A stretch of DNA of 64,000 bases from an uncultured Dehalococcoidia bacterium (GCA_964371355.1 CAYJMG010000020.1:130-64129); one strand, 5' to 3'; positions 17,976-27,249 are shown, numbered from the stretch's first letter. A program made the numbers and translations. The notes: generated from the letters alone by a model not told the origin.

Positions 17976-19402
17976 GGCTCGGGCGGCTCATCGCAACGCG
18001 ATGGTGCGAGGCCGCGGCGTACGGCGTCTCGATTGCCGCGGCCTGGATCTTCGCCGGGTTCGCCCTGCGGCGGCATGCCCGGTACGAGAGCACGGCCTAC
18101 GACTTCGGCTTTTTCGACCAGATCGTCTGGAACACCGCACACGGGCGCTGGTTCGAAACGACGTTCGTCGACTATAACTTCGCCGGCCAGCACTTCGAAC
18201 CGGTGCTCCTGCTGTTCGCCGGCCTGTACCGGCTCGGCGCCGGCCCCGAGGCACTGCTTGTGGTGCAGTCCGGGCTCGTCGCCGCGGCCGCGGTGCCGCT
18301 GTTCTACGCGGCGCGGCGGATGAGCGGGAGCGCGGTCGCGGGCCTGTCGCTCAGCGCCGCATTCCTCCTGCATCCGTCGCTTCATCGCGCCCTGGACTTC
18401 GACTTCCATCCCGAGCTGCTTGGCTTCGTCTTCGTCTTCTCGGCGCTGTACTTCCTCGCCTCCGGCCGGCCGCTCGCGAGCCTGTTCGCCGTCGCCCCCG
18501 TGATGCTTCTGAAAGAGGACATGGCCGTCGTCACCGCCATGTTCGCCGCGCTCCTGTGGGTGCGCGGACACCGCCGCGAGGCCCTCGCATTGTTCGTCGT
18601 GTCGGCCGCGTGGGCCCTGGCGACGGTCTTCGTCGTGATGCCCTACATCCGCGGAGGCGGCAGCGACCTCAACGAGCGTTTCCACTACCTCACCGAGGAC
18701 ACGACGCTCCTCACTGCCGGTCCCATCGCGGCCTGGCGCGGCGGCGCCCAGCTCCTGTCCGAAACGGCCTCATCACTCGGCCAGCTACTCGGCGGGACGG
18801 GCGGTATCGCGCTGCTGCATCCGGCCGTCGTGCTCGCCCTGCCTTCCATCGCGCTCAACGGCCTGGCGGACCACGGACCTCAGTCGCGTATCGACCTCCA
18901 GTATGCGGCGGCGCCACTGGCCCTCGTGTTCGTGTCGTCGGCGCTGGCGCTCGGCGGGCTCAGGCGGCGTCGGCCGTTGCCACGGCTCGACATAACCATT
19001 GGCGGCGAGACGGCGCCCCCGATCGCCGCCAGCTTTGCTGTCGCTGTCGCCGCGGTGATGTTCCTCACCACGAGCCCGTATTCGCCGTTCACGGATCGCC
19101 CCGCGCCGTCTCACGAGCATCGCGCCGCAATCGCAGAGGCGCTTCGGCTCGTCCCGGCCGGCGCCAACGTAAGTGCGCAGAACACGCTGGTGCCGCACCT
19201 GTCGCGGCGCACTGAGATCTTCGAGTTCCCGGATGTCCGCGAGGACACGGAGTTCGTGATCGTCGACGCCACGCTGCCCATCACCGGCGAGTCCCGCGAG
19301 GCCGGCTACGATCGCTGGCTCCCGGAACTCCCGGCGTGGGGGTTCGTCGAGGTGTTCTCGCGCGACGGCGTTCGCGTCTTCTCTCGCGAGGTCCAGGAAT
19401 GA
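17879..19402 (+). CDS. DUF2079-family polytopic membrane protein (putative GT-C-like glycosyltransferase)
   Basis: About 12 TM helices. N-terminal ESTAYDFGFFDQIVWNTAHGRWFETTF motif, as I remember it for DUF2079. The only ATG upstream of TM1 gives a 97-nt overlap with the SPASM gene, so the start is uncertain. Confidence 0.65.
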   Translation: MERTTLPGVAARAPLAQSALRLRQLRQRLESVGLGRLIATRWCEAAAYGVSIAAAWIFAGFALRRHARYESTAYDFGFFDQIVWNTAHGRWFETTFVDYNFAGQHFEPVLLLFAGLYRLGAGPEALLVVQSGLVAAAAVPLFYAARRMSGSAVAGLSLSAAFLLHPSLHRALDFDFHPELLGFVFVFSALYFLASGRPLASLFAVAPVMLLKEDMAVVTAMFAALLWVRGHRREALALFVVSAAWALATVFVVMPYIRGGGSDLNERFHYLTEDTTLLTAGPIAAWRGGAQLLSETASSLGQLLGGTGGIALLHPAVVLALPSIALNGLADHGPQSRIDLQYAAAPLALVFVSSALALGGLRRRRPLPRLDITIGGETAPPIAASFAVAVAAVMFLTTSPYSPFTDRPAPSHEHRAAIAEALRLVPAGANVSAQNTLVPHLSRRTEIFEFPDVREDTEFVIVDATLPITGESREAGYDRWLPELPAWGFVEVFSRDGVRVFSREVQE

Positions 19403-20112
19403 GTGTCGTTGCCATCCTCCCGGCGCTGAACGAAGAGGAGGGGATCGCCCACGCGGTCGCCGCCATCCCGCGGGGCACGGTGGACGAGATCGTCGTCGTA
19501 GACAACGGCAGCACCGATGGCACGCCGGCGAGAGCCGCCGCGGCGGGCGCCCGCGTCGTGAGGGAGCCGCGGCACGGCTACGGCTACGCCTGCCAGGCCG
19601 GCGTCAGCGCGGCGCCCGGCGCCCGCGTTTACGTGTTCCTGGACGGAGACGCGAGCGAGGTGACAGAGGCGCTGCCCGATCTCGTCCGTCTCGTGGCGGC
19701 CGGCCGCGCTGACCTGGTGCTCGGTGCGCGTGAAGGCGCCGTGGAGCCCGGCGCGATGCCCTGGCAGCAGCGGTTCGGCAACCGCGTCCTCACCACGCTC
19801 CTCAACGCGCTGGCGGGTTCCCGGCTGCGCGATCTCCCGTCGCTGAAGGTCGTGGATGGGCCGACGCTGCGGTCGTTCGATCTGCGCGAGACTACGTATG
19901 GCTGGACTGCCGAGCTTATCGCGAAGGCGGCGTTCCGCGGCGCACTGATCGAGCAAGTCCCGACAGGCTTGAGGCGCCGCCGCGGCTCATCGAAAGTGGG
20001 CGGGAGGCTCGTGCCCAGCCTGCGCGCGGGCTGGACCATCTCGCGCACGATCCTACGCGTCTGGTGGCGGGAGCGGCGCACCCGGGCTCGCGCTCCCGGC
20101 CTCGATCGGTAG
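19399..20112 (+). CDS. family-2 glycosyltransferase (polyprenol-phosphate sugar synthase-like)
   Basis: [16 protein letters not shown]...[12 protein letters not shown]...FLDGD are typical GT2 / DPM1-like motifs. ATGA overlap with the DUF2079 gene. Confidence 0.85.
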   Translation: MSVVAILPALNEEEGIAHAVAAIPRGTVDEIVVVDNGSTDGTPARAAAAGARVVREPRHGYGYACQAGVSAAPGARVYVFLDGDASEVTEALPDLVRLVAAGRADLVLGAREGAVEPGAMPWQQRFGNRVLTTLLNALAGSRLRDLPSLKVVDGPTLRSFDLRETTYGWTAELIAKAAFRGALIEQVPTGLRRRRGSSKVGGRLVPSLRAGWTISRTILRVWWRERRTRARAPGLDR

Positions 20113-21384
20113 CGCCACGACGAACCGTGCTCCATCGCCGTCCCTGTTTTCTGCTCGCACCCATCCTCCATGCGCCTCGACGATCTGCCGGACGATGGCG
20201 AGGCCGAGACCTGCGCCGCCCGTTGTCCGCGCTCTCGACGGATCGGCCCGGTAGAAGCGGTCGAAGATGTGCGCGAGGTGTTCGTCCGGGATGCCCGGCC
20301 CGCTGTCCTCGACCGTCATCGTGGCCCAGCCGTCCTCGACCAGGGTTGAGACGGTGATGGTGCCTCCTGCCGGCGTGTGCGTGAGCGCGTTCTCGACGAG
20401 GTTGCGCAGCACCTGGCCCAGCCGTCCACCGTCGGCCGTGGCCGGGACCGGCGCGTCTGAAGCCGCCACCCGCAGCTCTATCTCCGCATCGGCGGCGCGC
20501 GCGGATGCCGCGGCCACCGCCCCCGCCGCTACGTCCCGCAGGTCCAGTGGTCCGCGGTGCAGGAGCAGCTCGCCCGCGTCGGCCTGGCTTAGCTGCTCGA
20601 CATCGCGGACCAGCCGGACCAGCGAGGCCGTCTCTTGCTGCAGGAGCGCCACTACCTGTGGCTCGGGTGCGATCACACCATCGGCGATCGCCTCCAGGTA
20701 GCCGCCGAGGTTGTTGAGCGGGGTGCGCAGTTCGTGGGCCACGTCCGATGCCATGCGCCGGCGCAGTTCCACGTTCTGCTCGATCTGGCTCGCCATCGCA
20801 TTGAAGGCGTGCGCCAGCTCGCTAATCTCGTCGTGCGAGGAGACCCGCACGCGCTGTGACAGGTCACCCGCCTCCATGCGCTGTGCCGCCGCTGTCAGCG
20901 CTTCGACCGGGCGCGTGACACCCCTGGAAATGAAGAACGCGGCCCCACACGCCGCCGCCACCGCGAACGCGATCGCGACGGCCATATAGCGGTTCAGGGA
21001 GCCGACCGTGTCGGCGCGCTGCTCGTTGATCGCTGGCTCCAGAGCCGCGTCCCCGTATACCTGGAAGCCAACACCCTGTCCGGAAGCGATCTCGAATCGT
21101 TGCACGGCCAGCGGGACAGGATCGTATTCGCCCAGGGGGAGTGCTCTGGTGAACGGCTGCGGCCGCCCCGCGTCGTCGACGGGCACGTTCAGGATGAACA
21201 CGCCGTTGTCGATTACCGTGCCTGCCATGACCTCGGAACCAGGTGCGGGTACACGCGTCACCACGAAGGACTTGCTCAAGGTTGAGTCGTTGTTTCGCCC
21301 GATTAGAAAGCCGACGGCAACGAGGGCGATGACAGGCAGCGCCACCATCGCCAGGAGCAGGCGGAACTGTAGGCTATGAAGCAT
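20053..21384 (-). CDS. sensor histidine kinase (2 TM with ~150-aa extracytoplasmic loop, HAMP, HisKA, HATPase_c)
   Basis: TM1 is [21 protein letters not shown], and TM2 lies near [20 protein letters not shown]-box [15 protein letters not shown]-box [19 protein letters not shown]. The start was set at [10 protein letters not shown] (21384); the track ORF extends further upstream. Confidence 0.9.
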   Translation of the reverse strand: MLHSLQFRLLLAMVALPVIALVAVGFLIGRNNDSTLSKSFVVTRVPAPGSEVMAGTVIDNGVFILNVPVDDAGRPQPFTRALPLGEYDPVPLAVQRFEIASGQGVGFQVYGDAALEPAINEQRADTVGSLNRYMAVAIAFAVAAACGAAFFISRGVTRPVEALTAAAQRMEAGDLSQRVRVSSHDEISELAHAFNAMASQIEQNVELRRRMASDVAHELRTPLNNLGGYLEAIADGVIAPEPQVVALLQQETASLVRLVRDVEQLSQADAGELLLHRGPLDLRDVAAGAVAAASARAADAEIELRVAASDAPVPATADGGRLGQVLRNLVENALTHTPAGGTITVSTLVEDGWATMTVEDSGPGIPDEHLAHIFDRFYRADPSRARTTGGAGLGLAIVRQIVEAHGGWVRAENRDGDGARFVVALPIEAGSASPGAPLPPPDA

Positions 21385-22072
21385 GATGGTCCTCCGCGAA
21401 GCGATACCCCACGCCGTACACCGTCTGCACGTACCGCGGCGACTCGGGGTCGTCCTCGATCTTCTTGCGCAGGTTCCGGACGTGCGAGTCGATCGTCCGC
21501 TCCAGCCCCTCGTACGCAACGCCGAACGCGCGGTCCAGCAACTGCAGTCGGGTGAAGGCTCGACCAGGGTCGCGCGCCATCGTCAGCAGCAACTGCAGCT
21601 CGCGTCGCGTGATAGCCACGGTTGTGCCCCGCAGCCGGACCTCGTGCCGCCGTGCGTCGATCTCCAGCTCATCGAACCGTAGCGTGTCCCCGTCCGATGG
21701 CTCTTCCGGCGCGCGCCGCCGCAGGATCGCCCGCACCCGCGCCACCAGCTCGCTGGGGCGGAACGGCTTCGTGACGTAGTCGTCGGCCCCGAGGTCGAGC
21801 GCGAGCAGCGTATCCGCCTCCGCCGTCCGCGCCGTCACCATGATGATGGGCACGTCGGATTCAGCGCGCAGGACCCGGCACACGTCGAACCCGTCGACCT
21901 CCGGCAGCATCACGTCCAGCACGACCAGCCCGACCGGCTTGCGACGCGCCACGTCGATGCCCTCGCGTCCGTTTGACGCGGTCAGCACCGGATAGCCCTC
22001 GCGCTCGAGATACAGCCGGACGAGCGCCGCCGTGTTCGCGTCGTCCTCGATCACAAGTACCGCTGGTTTCAT
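21374..22072 (-). CDS. OmpR/PhoB-family response regulator
   Basis: [29 protein letters not shown]...[17 protein letters not shown]...IIMVTART is the receiver domain. [17 protein letters not shown]...[12 protein letters not shown] is the winged helix. GGAGGG RBS lies 8 nt upstream of the ATG at 22072. The long track ORF (to 22768) is an artefactual extension. Confidence 0.9.
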   Translation of the reverse strand: MKPAVLVIEDDANTAALVRLYLEREGYPVLTASNGREGIDVARRKPVGLVVLDVMLPEVDGFDVCRVLRAESDVPIIMVTARTAEADTLLALDLGADDYVTKPFRPSELVARVRAILRRRAPEEPSDGDTLRFDELEIDARRHEVRLRGTTVAITRRELQLLLTMARDPGRAFTRLQLLDRAFGVAYEGLERTIDSHVRNLRKKIEDDPESPRYVQTVYGVGYRFAEDHHAS

Positions 22073-22116
22073 GGCGAGTCCCTCCGCTGACATGGTGCGA
22101 CCGGACATCACGAAAA

Positions 22117-22136
22117 CCTGTGAAGAACCTGTCAAG
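22117..22136 (+). promoter_or_regulatory. candidate operator: direct repeat CCTGTGAAG-aa-CCTGTCAAG (11-bp period)
   Basis: Read directly, in the divergent region between the response regulator and exporter module 1. The same motif recurs three times at 27524-27555. Confidence 0.4.
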
Positions 22137-22331
22137 GAGTGATGAAAATGCGCCCGTTGGACAGTAAGCCACCGAACTCCTGAGGATCTCCATCGACCCC
22201 GCACGGGTTCTCGATGCGTCGCCGGGTACCAAGGAGCATTCGGAACAGCAGACAAATATTGGCGGGATAGACAGGGCGATGCACGAGCACCGGCAGCAGG
22301 CGCGGACGTGCGTCGCCAGGAAGGCCAAGCG

Positions 22332-24497
22332 ATGAGTGGGCTTGGGATGGAGCGCGGGCCGCTACCCGCCGCGCGGGAGTTCGATGAGTCGTGGTTCGAA
22401 GAGGACAAGGGATCTCGTCGGCGCGGGCGCGTTATGGCGATCGCCGCGTTCGTCCTGATCGCCGCCCTGACGGCGCTCGGGATGTGGAACTGGATCCTGC
22501 GCGGGGACGGAGAAGCGGCGGCGACTGAGCAGATCGTCGACGCGACGATCGGGACTATCACGGAGAGCATCGAGACCAGCGGGACGGTGCAATCGCAGTC
22601 GCAGACGTCGCTGAATTTCGAGTCGTCCGGAAAAGTCGAGACGCTCAGCGTGGCGCTGGGGCAGCAGGTGAAGAAGGGCGACGTCCTTGCCACGCTCGAT
22701 GCACCAGCACTCGAAGACGCCGTGCGGCGCGCGGAGATCGGGTTGCTCTCGGCGCAGCTCAAGCTCAACGAGTTGCTGAAGGGGACCGACGCGGCGGAGC
22801 TGGCACAGACAGACCAGGGCTACCAGAGCGCGATCGCGTCGTACGAGTCGGCGCAGAAGGAACTGGACGAGCTGCATGCCGGACCGACGTCGGCGGACCT
22901 GAGCGCCGCACAACAGCAGGTGTACGACGCGGAGGCGGCGCTCGCCCGTGCGGAGGCGGCGCGTGACACGCTGGACACAGCGGCGGACGACGCCGTCGCT
23001 GACGCCGAGGCGACTGTGACGAAGGCCGAGAACGCGCTGGACCAGGCGGAGCAGCAGCTTGACGACGCCGACGACGCGCTGGCCGTCGCGGAGGCGCAGC
23101 TGAAGGGCGCCGAGGCCGCGTACTGCCCCGACGCTGATGTGAGCTTCTGCGTGTCCCCGAGCATGCCGCTCTCGTCGTCCGACCAGGCGACGCTGCTGGA
23201 CGTTGCGGCGGGCGGCGACGCTGAGCGCGGGGCTCTCGCCAACAGCGTGTTGAACGCAAACACAACGTACCGCGAGAGGCTGACGGCGCTTAACGCGGCG
23301 GAGGATGCCCTCGACGACGCCGAGAGCGACCTCGACCACGCTGAGGAGGCGCTCGACGACGCGGAGGAAGGTCCGAGCGACGCCGACATCAGGGAAGCCG
23401 ACGCATCGGTTGGCTCGGCGCAGCTGGCGCTCACCCAGGCACAGGCAGCTCTCACCGATCTACAGGACGGCGCCGACGCTGACGAGACCCGCGCGGCGGA
23501 ACTTGCGCTAGCCGCCGCCGAGGCCGGGCTGCGCTCCGCGGAGGCGCAGCGCGACGAAGCGCACGACGGTACAGACGCCGACGAGGTCACGGAACAGCGC
23601 GGGCAGGTCGACCTGGAGCAGCTCTCACTGGCCGAAGCCAAGCGCGACCTGGAAGATGCCCAGCTCATCGCGCCGTTCGACGGCACCGTCGCCGACGTCA
23701 ATATCGCCACCGGAGACACGGTGGGAGCGGGCGGCGGCGAGGACGCGGCGATCGTGCTGAACACGCCCGATGCCCTGGTAATTGAGCTGGCGATCAACGA
23801 GGCGGATCTCGCGAACGTTGAGGTGGGCCAAACCGGCACCATGACCTTCGATCAACTCGATGGCGTCGGCTTCCCAATCGTGATTGAGGGCATCGGCGGC
23901 AACCCGACGACTACGCAGGGCGTCACGACGTACGAAGCGATCGCGTCGATCGACCTGTCTTCGCCGGCGACGGGCGGGCTGAGGCCGGGCGGCGCGTTGC
24001 CGCTGGGGCCGGGCGGCGTGTTGCCGGAGGGCTTCACTCCGCCGGCGGGTGCCGACACTCCGGACGAGCTCCCCGAGAGCCCGGAGCAGAACCAGGGGCA
24101 GGCGCCCGACGACTTCCAAGCCCGGACGACGGAGAGCGAGGACGACCAGCCGCGCCCCTTGCCAGGGATGACGGGCTCCGTCGAGATCACCGTCGAGGAG
24201 GCGAAGGACGTCGTCACCGTCCCGTCCGCCGCGGTGCAGCAGGAGGGTCCGCAGCAGTACGTCGAGGTCGTGGCGGACAACGGCGAGCGCGAGCGTGTCG
24301 TCGTGGAGACGGGCCTTTCCGACGGCTCGCGCACCGCCATCCTTGCCGGGCTCGAGGCCGGAGAGAAGGTGGTGGTGCCGACGTCGAGTGCAACGAGCGG
24401 CGATCCGTCTACGGGGCCGGGCGGACCCGGAGGGCCGGGCGGGGGCGGGCCCGTCGGCGGGGGCGGTGGAGCGCCGGTCGGGGGGCCTCCGCAATGA
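22332..24497 (+). CDS. membrane-fusion (HlyD/MacA-type) periplasmic adaptor with an extremely long coiled-coil hairpin and a Gly/Pro tail
   Basis: ATG at 22332 with an AGGAAGG RBS. N-terminal TM (IAAFVLIAALTALGMW). Lipoyl half-motifs (GDVLATLD ... LIAPFDGTVADV) are separated by about 330 aa of Ala/Asp/Glu/Gln-rich heptad-like sequence. Beta-barrel/MP domains follow. The C-terminus reads GPGGPGGPGGGGPVGGGGGAPVGGPPQ. Confidence 0.8.
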   Translation: MSGLGMERGPLPAAREFDESWFEEDKGSRRRGRVMAIAAFVLIAALTALGMWNWILRGDGEAAATEQIVDATIGTITESIETSGTVQSQSQTSLNFESSGKVETLSVALGQQVKKGDVLATLDAPALEDAVRRAEIGLLSAQLKLNELLKGTDAAELAQTDQGYQSAIASYESAQKELDELHAGPTSADLSAAQQQVYDAEAALARAEAARDTLDTAADDAVADAEATVTKAENALDQAEQQLDDADDALAVAEAQLKGAEAAYCPDADVSFCVSPSMPLSSSDQATLLDVAAGGDAERGALANSVLNANTTYRERLTALNAAEDALDDAESDLDHAEEALDDAEEGPSDADIREADASVGSAQLALTQAQAALTDLQDGADADETRAAELALAAAEAGLRSAEAQRDEAHDGTDADEVTEQRGQVDLEQLSLAEAKRDLEDAQLIAPFDGTVADVNIATGDTVGAGGGEDAAIVLNTPDALVIELAINEADLANVEVGQTGTMTFDQLDGVGFPIVIEGIGGNPTTTQGVTTYEAIASIDLSSPATGGLRPGGALPLGPGGVLPEGFTPPAGADTPDELPESPEQNQGQAPDDFQARTTESEDDQPRPLPGMTGSVEITVEEAKDVVTVPSAAVQQEGPQQYVEVVADNGERERVVVETGLSDGSRTAILAGLEAGEKVVVPTSSATSGDPSTGPGGPGGPGGGGPVGGGGGAPVGGPPQ

Positions 24498-25267
24498 TCA
24501 AGCTCATCGATATCGTCAAGCTCTACCGTGCAGGCTCAGTCATCGTGCCGGCGCTGCGTGGCGTGAACCTCGATATCGAACGCGGCGAGTTCGTCTCAAT
24601 AATCGGCTCGTCGGGTTCGGGCAAGTCAACGCTGATGAACATCATCGGCTGCCTCGACCGGGCGACGCGCGGCCGGTACGAGCTCGCCGGCCACGACGTG
24701 AGCAGGCTCTCGGACGACGAGTTGGCCTTCGTACGGAGCCAGCAGATCGGGTTCGTATTCCAGTCGTTCAACCTGCTTCGCCGCCTGAGCGCGCTGGAGC
24801 AGGTCGAGATGCCGCTCACATACCGCAGCGGCAGCGCGCGCGACCACCGTCGTGCCGCGGTCAAGGCGCTGTACGAGGTGGCCCTCGCCGACCGCATGCA
24901 CCACAAGCCAAATCAGCTCTCGGGCGGCCAGCAGCAGCGCGTCGCCATTGCGCGCGCGCTCGTCGGACAGCCGAGCGTGATCCTGGCGGACGAGCCGACA
25001 GGCGCCCTCGACACGAGGACGACGGCCGACGTGATGGAGCTGTTCGTGCGATTGAACCGCGAGCGCGGCATCACCGTGATCTTCGTGACGCACGAACCTG
25101 AAGTGGCGGCGTACACCGACCGCGTAATCCAACTCCGCGACGGCTTGGTCGTCAGCGACGCAGCGCCGGCGTCGACGGCGCCGACGCGTCTCGCAGGGGA
25201 CATGGCTGCGGAACAAACGCAAACGCCAGCGTTGCGGCCGTTCCGCCCGTCGGAGGCGCCGGCATGA
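24494..25267 (+). CDS. ABC transporter ATP-binding protein (MacB/LolD type)
   Basis: Walker A GSSGSGKST, signature LSGGQQQRVAIARAL, Walker B ILADEPTGALD. ATGA overlap with the adaptor gene. Confidence 0.9.
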   Translation: MIKLIDIVKLYRAGSVIVPALRGVNLDIERGEFVSIIGSSGSGKSTLMNIIGCLDRATRGRYELAGHDVSRLSDDELAFVRSQQIGFVFQSFNLLRRLSALEQVEMPLTYRSGSARDHRRAAVKALYEVALADRMHHKPNQLSGGQQQRVAIARALVGQPSVILADEPTGALDTRTTADVMELFVRLNRERGITVIFVTHEPEVAAYTDRVIQLRDGLVVSDAAPASTAPTRLAGDMAAEQTQTPALRPFRPSEAPA

Positions 25268-26544
25268 TCCTGCTGAAGATGATGCGCTCCGCGGTTTCGG
25301 AGCTGAACGTCAACAAGTTGCGCACCGGGCTGACCATGCTCGGGATCGTCATTGGTGTCGGCGCCGTGATCGCGCTGATGTCCGTAGGACAGGGCGCAAG
25401 CAAGGGCATCGCCGCGGAGGTGAACGCGCTGGGGAGCAACCTGCTGTTCGTGGAGCCGGGCGCGCCAGACGACGAATCGGACGGCGATCAGGGGTTCTCC
25501 ACGAACTCGTTCCGCGGCGATTTCTCGCTCACAGAGGACGACGTTGAGGCACTGCGCCAGTCGACGGCGCTGCCGAATGTGGAGGCGGTGACCGCCGTTT
25601 CGCAGACGCCACTGGAATCACAGATCACCGCCGGCGAGCGCAGCGCCGAAGCGACGATGACGGCTACCGACCAGGAATTCATGACCGTCCGTGACTTCGA
25701 GCTGGCGACCGGCTCGTTCATCACCGAACGCGACCTGAGCCGCAAGACGCGGAACGCTGTCCTCGGCTGGCAGACGGCGATCGACCTCTTCGATAGCCCG
25801 GAGAGCGCCGTGGGCCAGAAGGTGCGCATCAACTTCGGGCCGTTCTCGATCGACCTCACCGTCATCGGCGTCATGAAGGAACGCGGTGCATCCGGGGAGG
25901 GAAACGAGGACGAGCAGATCTTCGTTCCGCTCTCCACTTACCAGGCGCGCGTCCCGTTCGGGCGCAGCCCTACAGGCGAGAGCTCCGTCGACGAGATCAT
26001 GATCAAAGTCAACAAGTCCGACAACGTCGACAGCAGTGCCGAGCAGGTGCGCGCAGTCCTCCTGTCGCAGCACGACTTCCAGGAGGACTTCACGGTCAAA
26101 ACGCAGAACGACCTGAAGGAGACGGCGAACAACGTCAGCCGGGTGATGACGATCCTGCTGGGCGCCATCGCCGGCATCTCGCTGGTGGTGGGGGGCATCG
26201 GCATCATGAACATCATGCTCGTCTCGGTGACGGAGAGGACTCGCGAGATCGGCATCCGCAAGGCCGTTGGCGCGCGGCGCAACGACATCCTGACGCAGTT
26301 CATCGTCGAGACCGTCGTCGTCACGCTGCTCGGCGGCGCCGTCGGCGTGGCCGTCGGCATCGCAACGGCGCTGGGAGTCGACGGTCAGGAGTTCGGCACA
26401 GGCTCGGCGATTGGCACGGCCGTCACGCCGATGAGCGTCGGCACAGCGTTCGGCGTATCGGCGCTGATCGGGCTGTTCTTCGGCATCTATCCGGCGTTCC
26501 GGGCGTCGCGCCTGGATCCCATCGAAGCACTGCGGACTGAATAG
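25264..26544 (+). CDS. ABC transporter permease (MacB_PCD + FtsX domains)
   Basis: N-terminal NKLRTGLTMLGIVIGVGAVIALMSVG, a large extracytoplasmic domain, and a C-terminal FtsX block (GGIGIMNIMLVSVTERTREIGIRKAVGA...YPAFRASRLDPIEALR). Confidence 0.9.
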   Translation: MILLKMMRSAVSELNVNKLRTGLTMLGIVIGVGAVIALMSVGQGASKGIAAEVNALGSNLLFVEPGAPDDESDGDQGFSTNSFRGDFSLTEDDVEALRQSTALPNVEAVTAVSQTPLESQITAGERSAEATMTATDQEFMTVRDFELATGSFITERDLSRKTRNAVLGWQTAIDLFDSPESAVGQKVRINFGPFSIDLTVIGVMKERGASGEGNEDEQIFVPLSTYQARVPFGRSPTGESSVDEIMIKVNKSDNVDSSAEQVRAVLLSQHDFQEDFTVKTQNDLKETANNVSRVMTILLGAIAGISLVVGGIGIMNIMLVSVTERTREIGIRKAVGARRNDILTQFIVETVVVTLLGGAVGVAVGIATALGVDGQEFGTGSAIGTAVTPMSVGTAFGVSALIGLFFGIYPAFRASRLDPIEALRTE

Positions 26545-26568
26545 GCACGAGAAGGAGAGGAGCTCCCC

Positions 26569-27192
26569 TTGAGGACGTCAACGAAGATGCAGACCCACGC
26601 GGCGGTCGTAGCCATGATCCTCGCCGCGGCTGGCGTCGTCGGTTGCGGCGGCACCAGCAGCCCTGAGGCTACCGCGACACTAGTTAACCGAATCACGCCG
26701 GAAACGGACGGCTCCGGCACCACCATCCGCTCCGCAGACCCCAACTCGACGCCAGCGCCTGACGAACTCGCGCCTACGATCAGCGGCACTCCGCCCGCCG
26801 GGGCACCACCCGAAGGTCAGCCGGCCGGGGGCGGGCCCGCGGGTGGGCCCGGCGGTGGGCCCGGCGGTGGGCCCGGCGGTGGGCCCGGCGGCGCGAGTTT
26901 CAATACGCCCATCGCGGAGTTCCTCGGCATCACCGAGGACGAGCTGGCGGCGGCGCTGCAGGAAGAGGGTGCCACTCTCGCCTCGGTGGCCGAGGTCTAC
27001 GGCAAGTCACGCGAGGAGCTGAAGAGGTTCCTCATCGACGATGCCAGAGCCCGAGTGGCCGCTGAGGTAGAGGCTGGCAACCTGACACAGGAGGAGGCGG
27101 ACGAGCAAATCGCCCGGCTCGAGCGCGATGTCGACAGCATAATTGACAGCTCCCGTGGATCGGGGCCGGCCCGGCCAGCCCCAACTCAGTAG
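26569..27192 (+). CDS. hypothetical lipoprotein with a (GPGG)n low-complexity linker
   Basis: TTG start 6 nt after a strong GAAGGAGAGGAG RBS. Signal peptide plus lipobox (AAVVAMILAAAGVVGCGG). GGGPAGGPGGGPGGGPGGGPGG linker, then a helical acidic C-terminal domain. Confidence 0.6.
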   Translation: MRTSTKMQTHAAVVAMILAAAGVVGCGGTSSPEATATLVNRITPETDGSGTTIRSADPNSTPAPDELAPTISGTPPAGAPPEGQPAGGGPAGGPGGGPGGGPGGGPGGASFNTPIAEFLGITEDELAAALQEEGATLASVAEVYGKSREELKRFLIDDARARVAAEVEAGNLTQEEADEQIARLERDVDSIIDSSRGSGPARPAPTQ

Positions 27193-27214
27193 CGCTAGTT
27201 TCCTCCCTCCAACG

Positions 27215-27249
27215 GCAAAGAGCCACCGAAACCTTCGGTGGCTCTTTGC
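27215..27249 (+). terminator. strong hairpin (GCAAAGAGCCACCGAA-acc-TTCGGTGGCTCTTTGC) downstream of exporter module 1
   Basis: 16-nt perfect arms read directly, 23 nt after the stop at 27192. The 3' arm ends in CTCTTTGCT. Confidence 0.6.

Noticed and set aside
21374-22768. The 464-aa ORF taken at face value, and similar long track ORFs such as 14735-16261, 36292-38337, 20053-21519 and 61052-62974
   Set aside because: Only the downstream portion of each has recognisable domains and a ribosome-binding site. The upstream extensions are low-complexity read-through of stop-poor GC-rich DNA. I trimmed them to internal starts.
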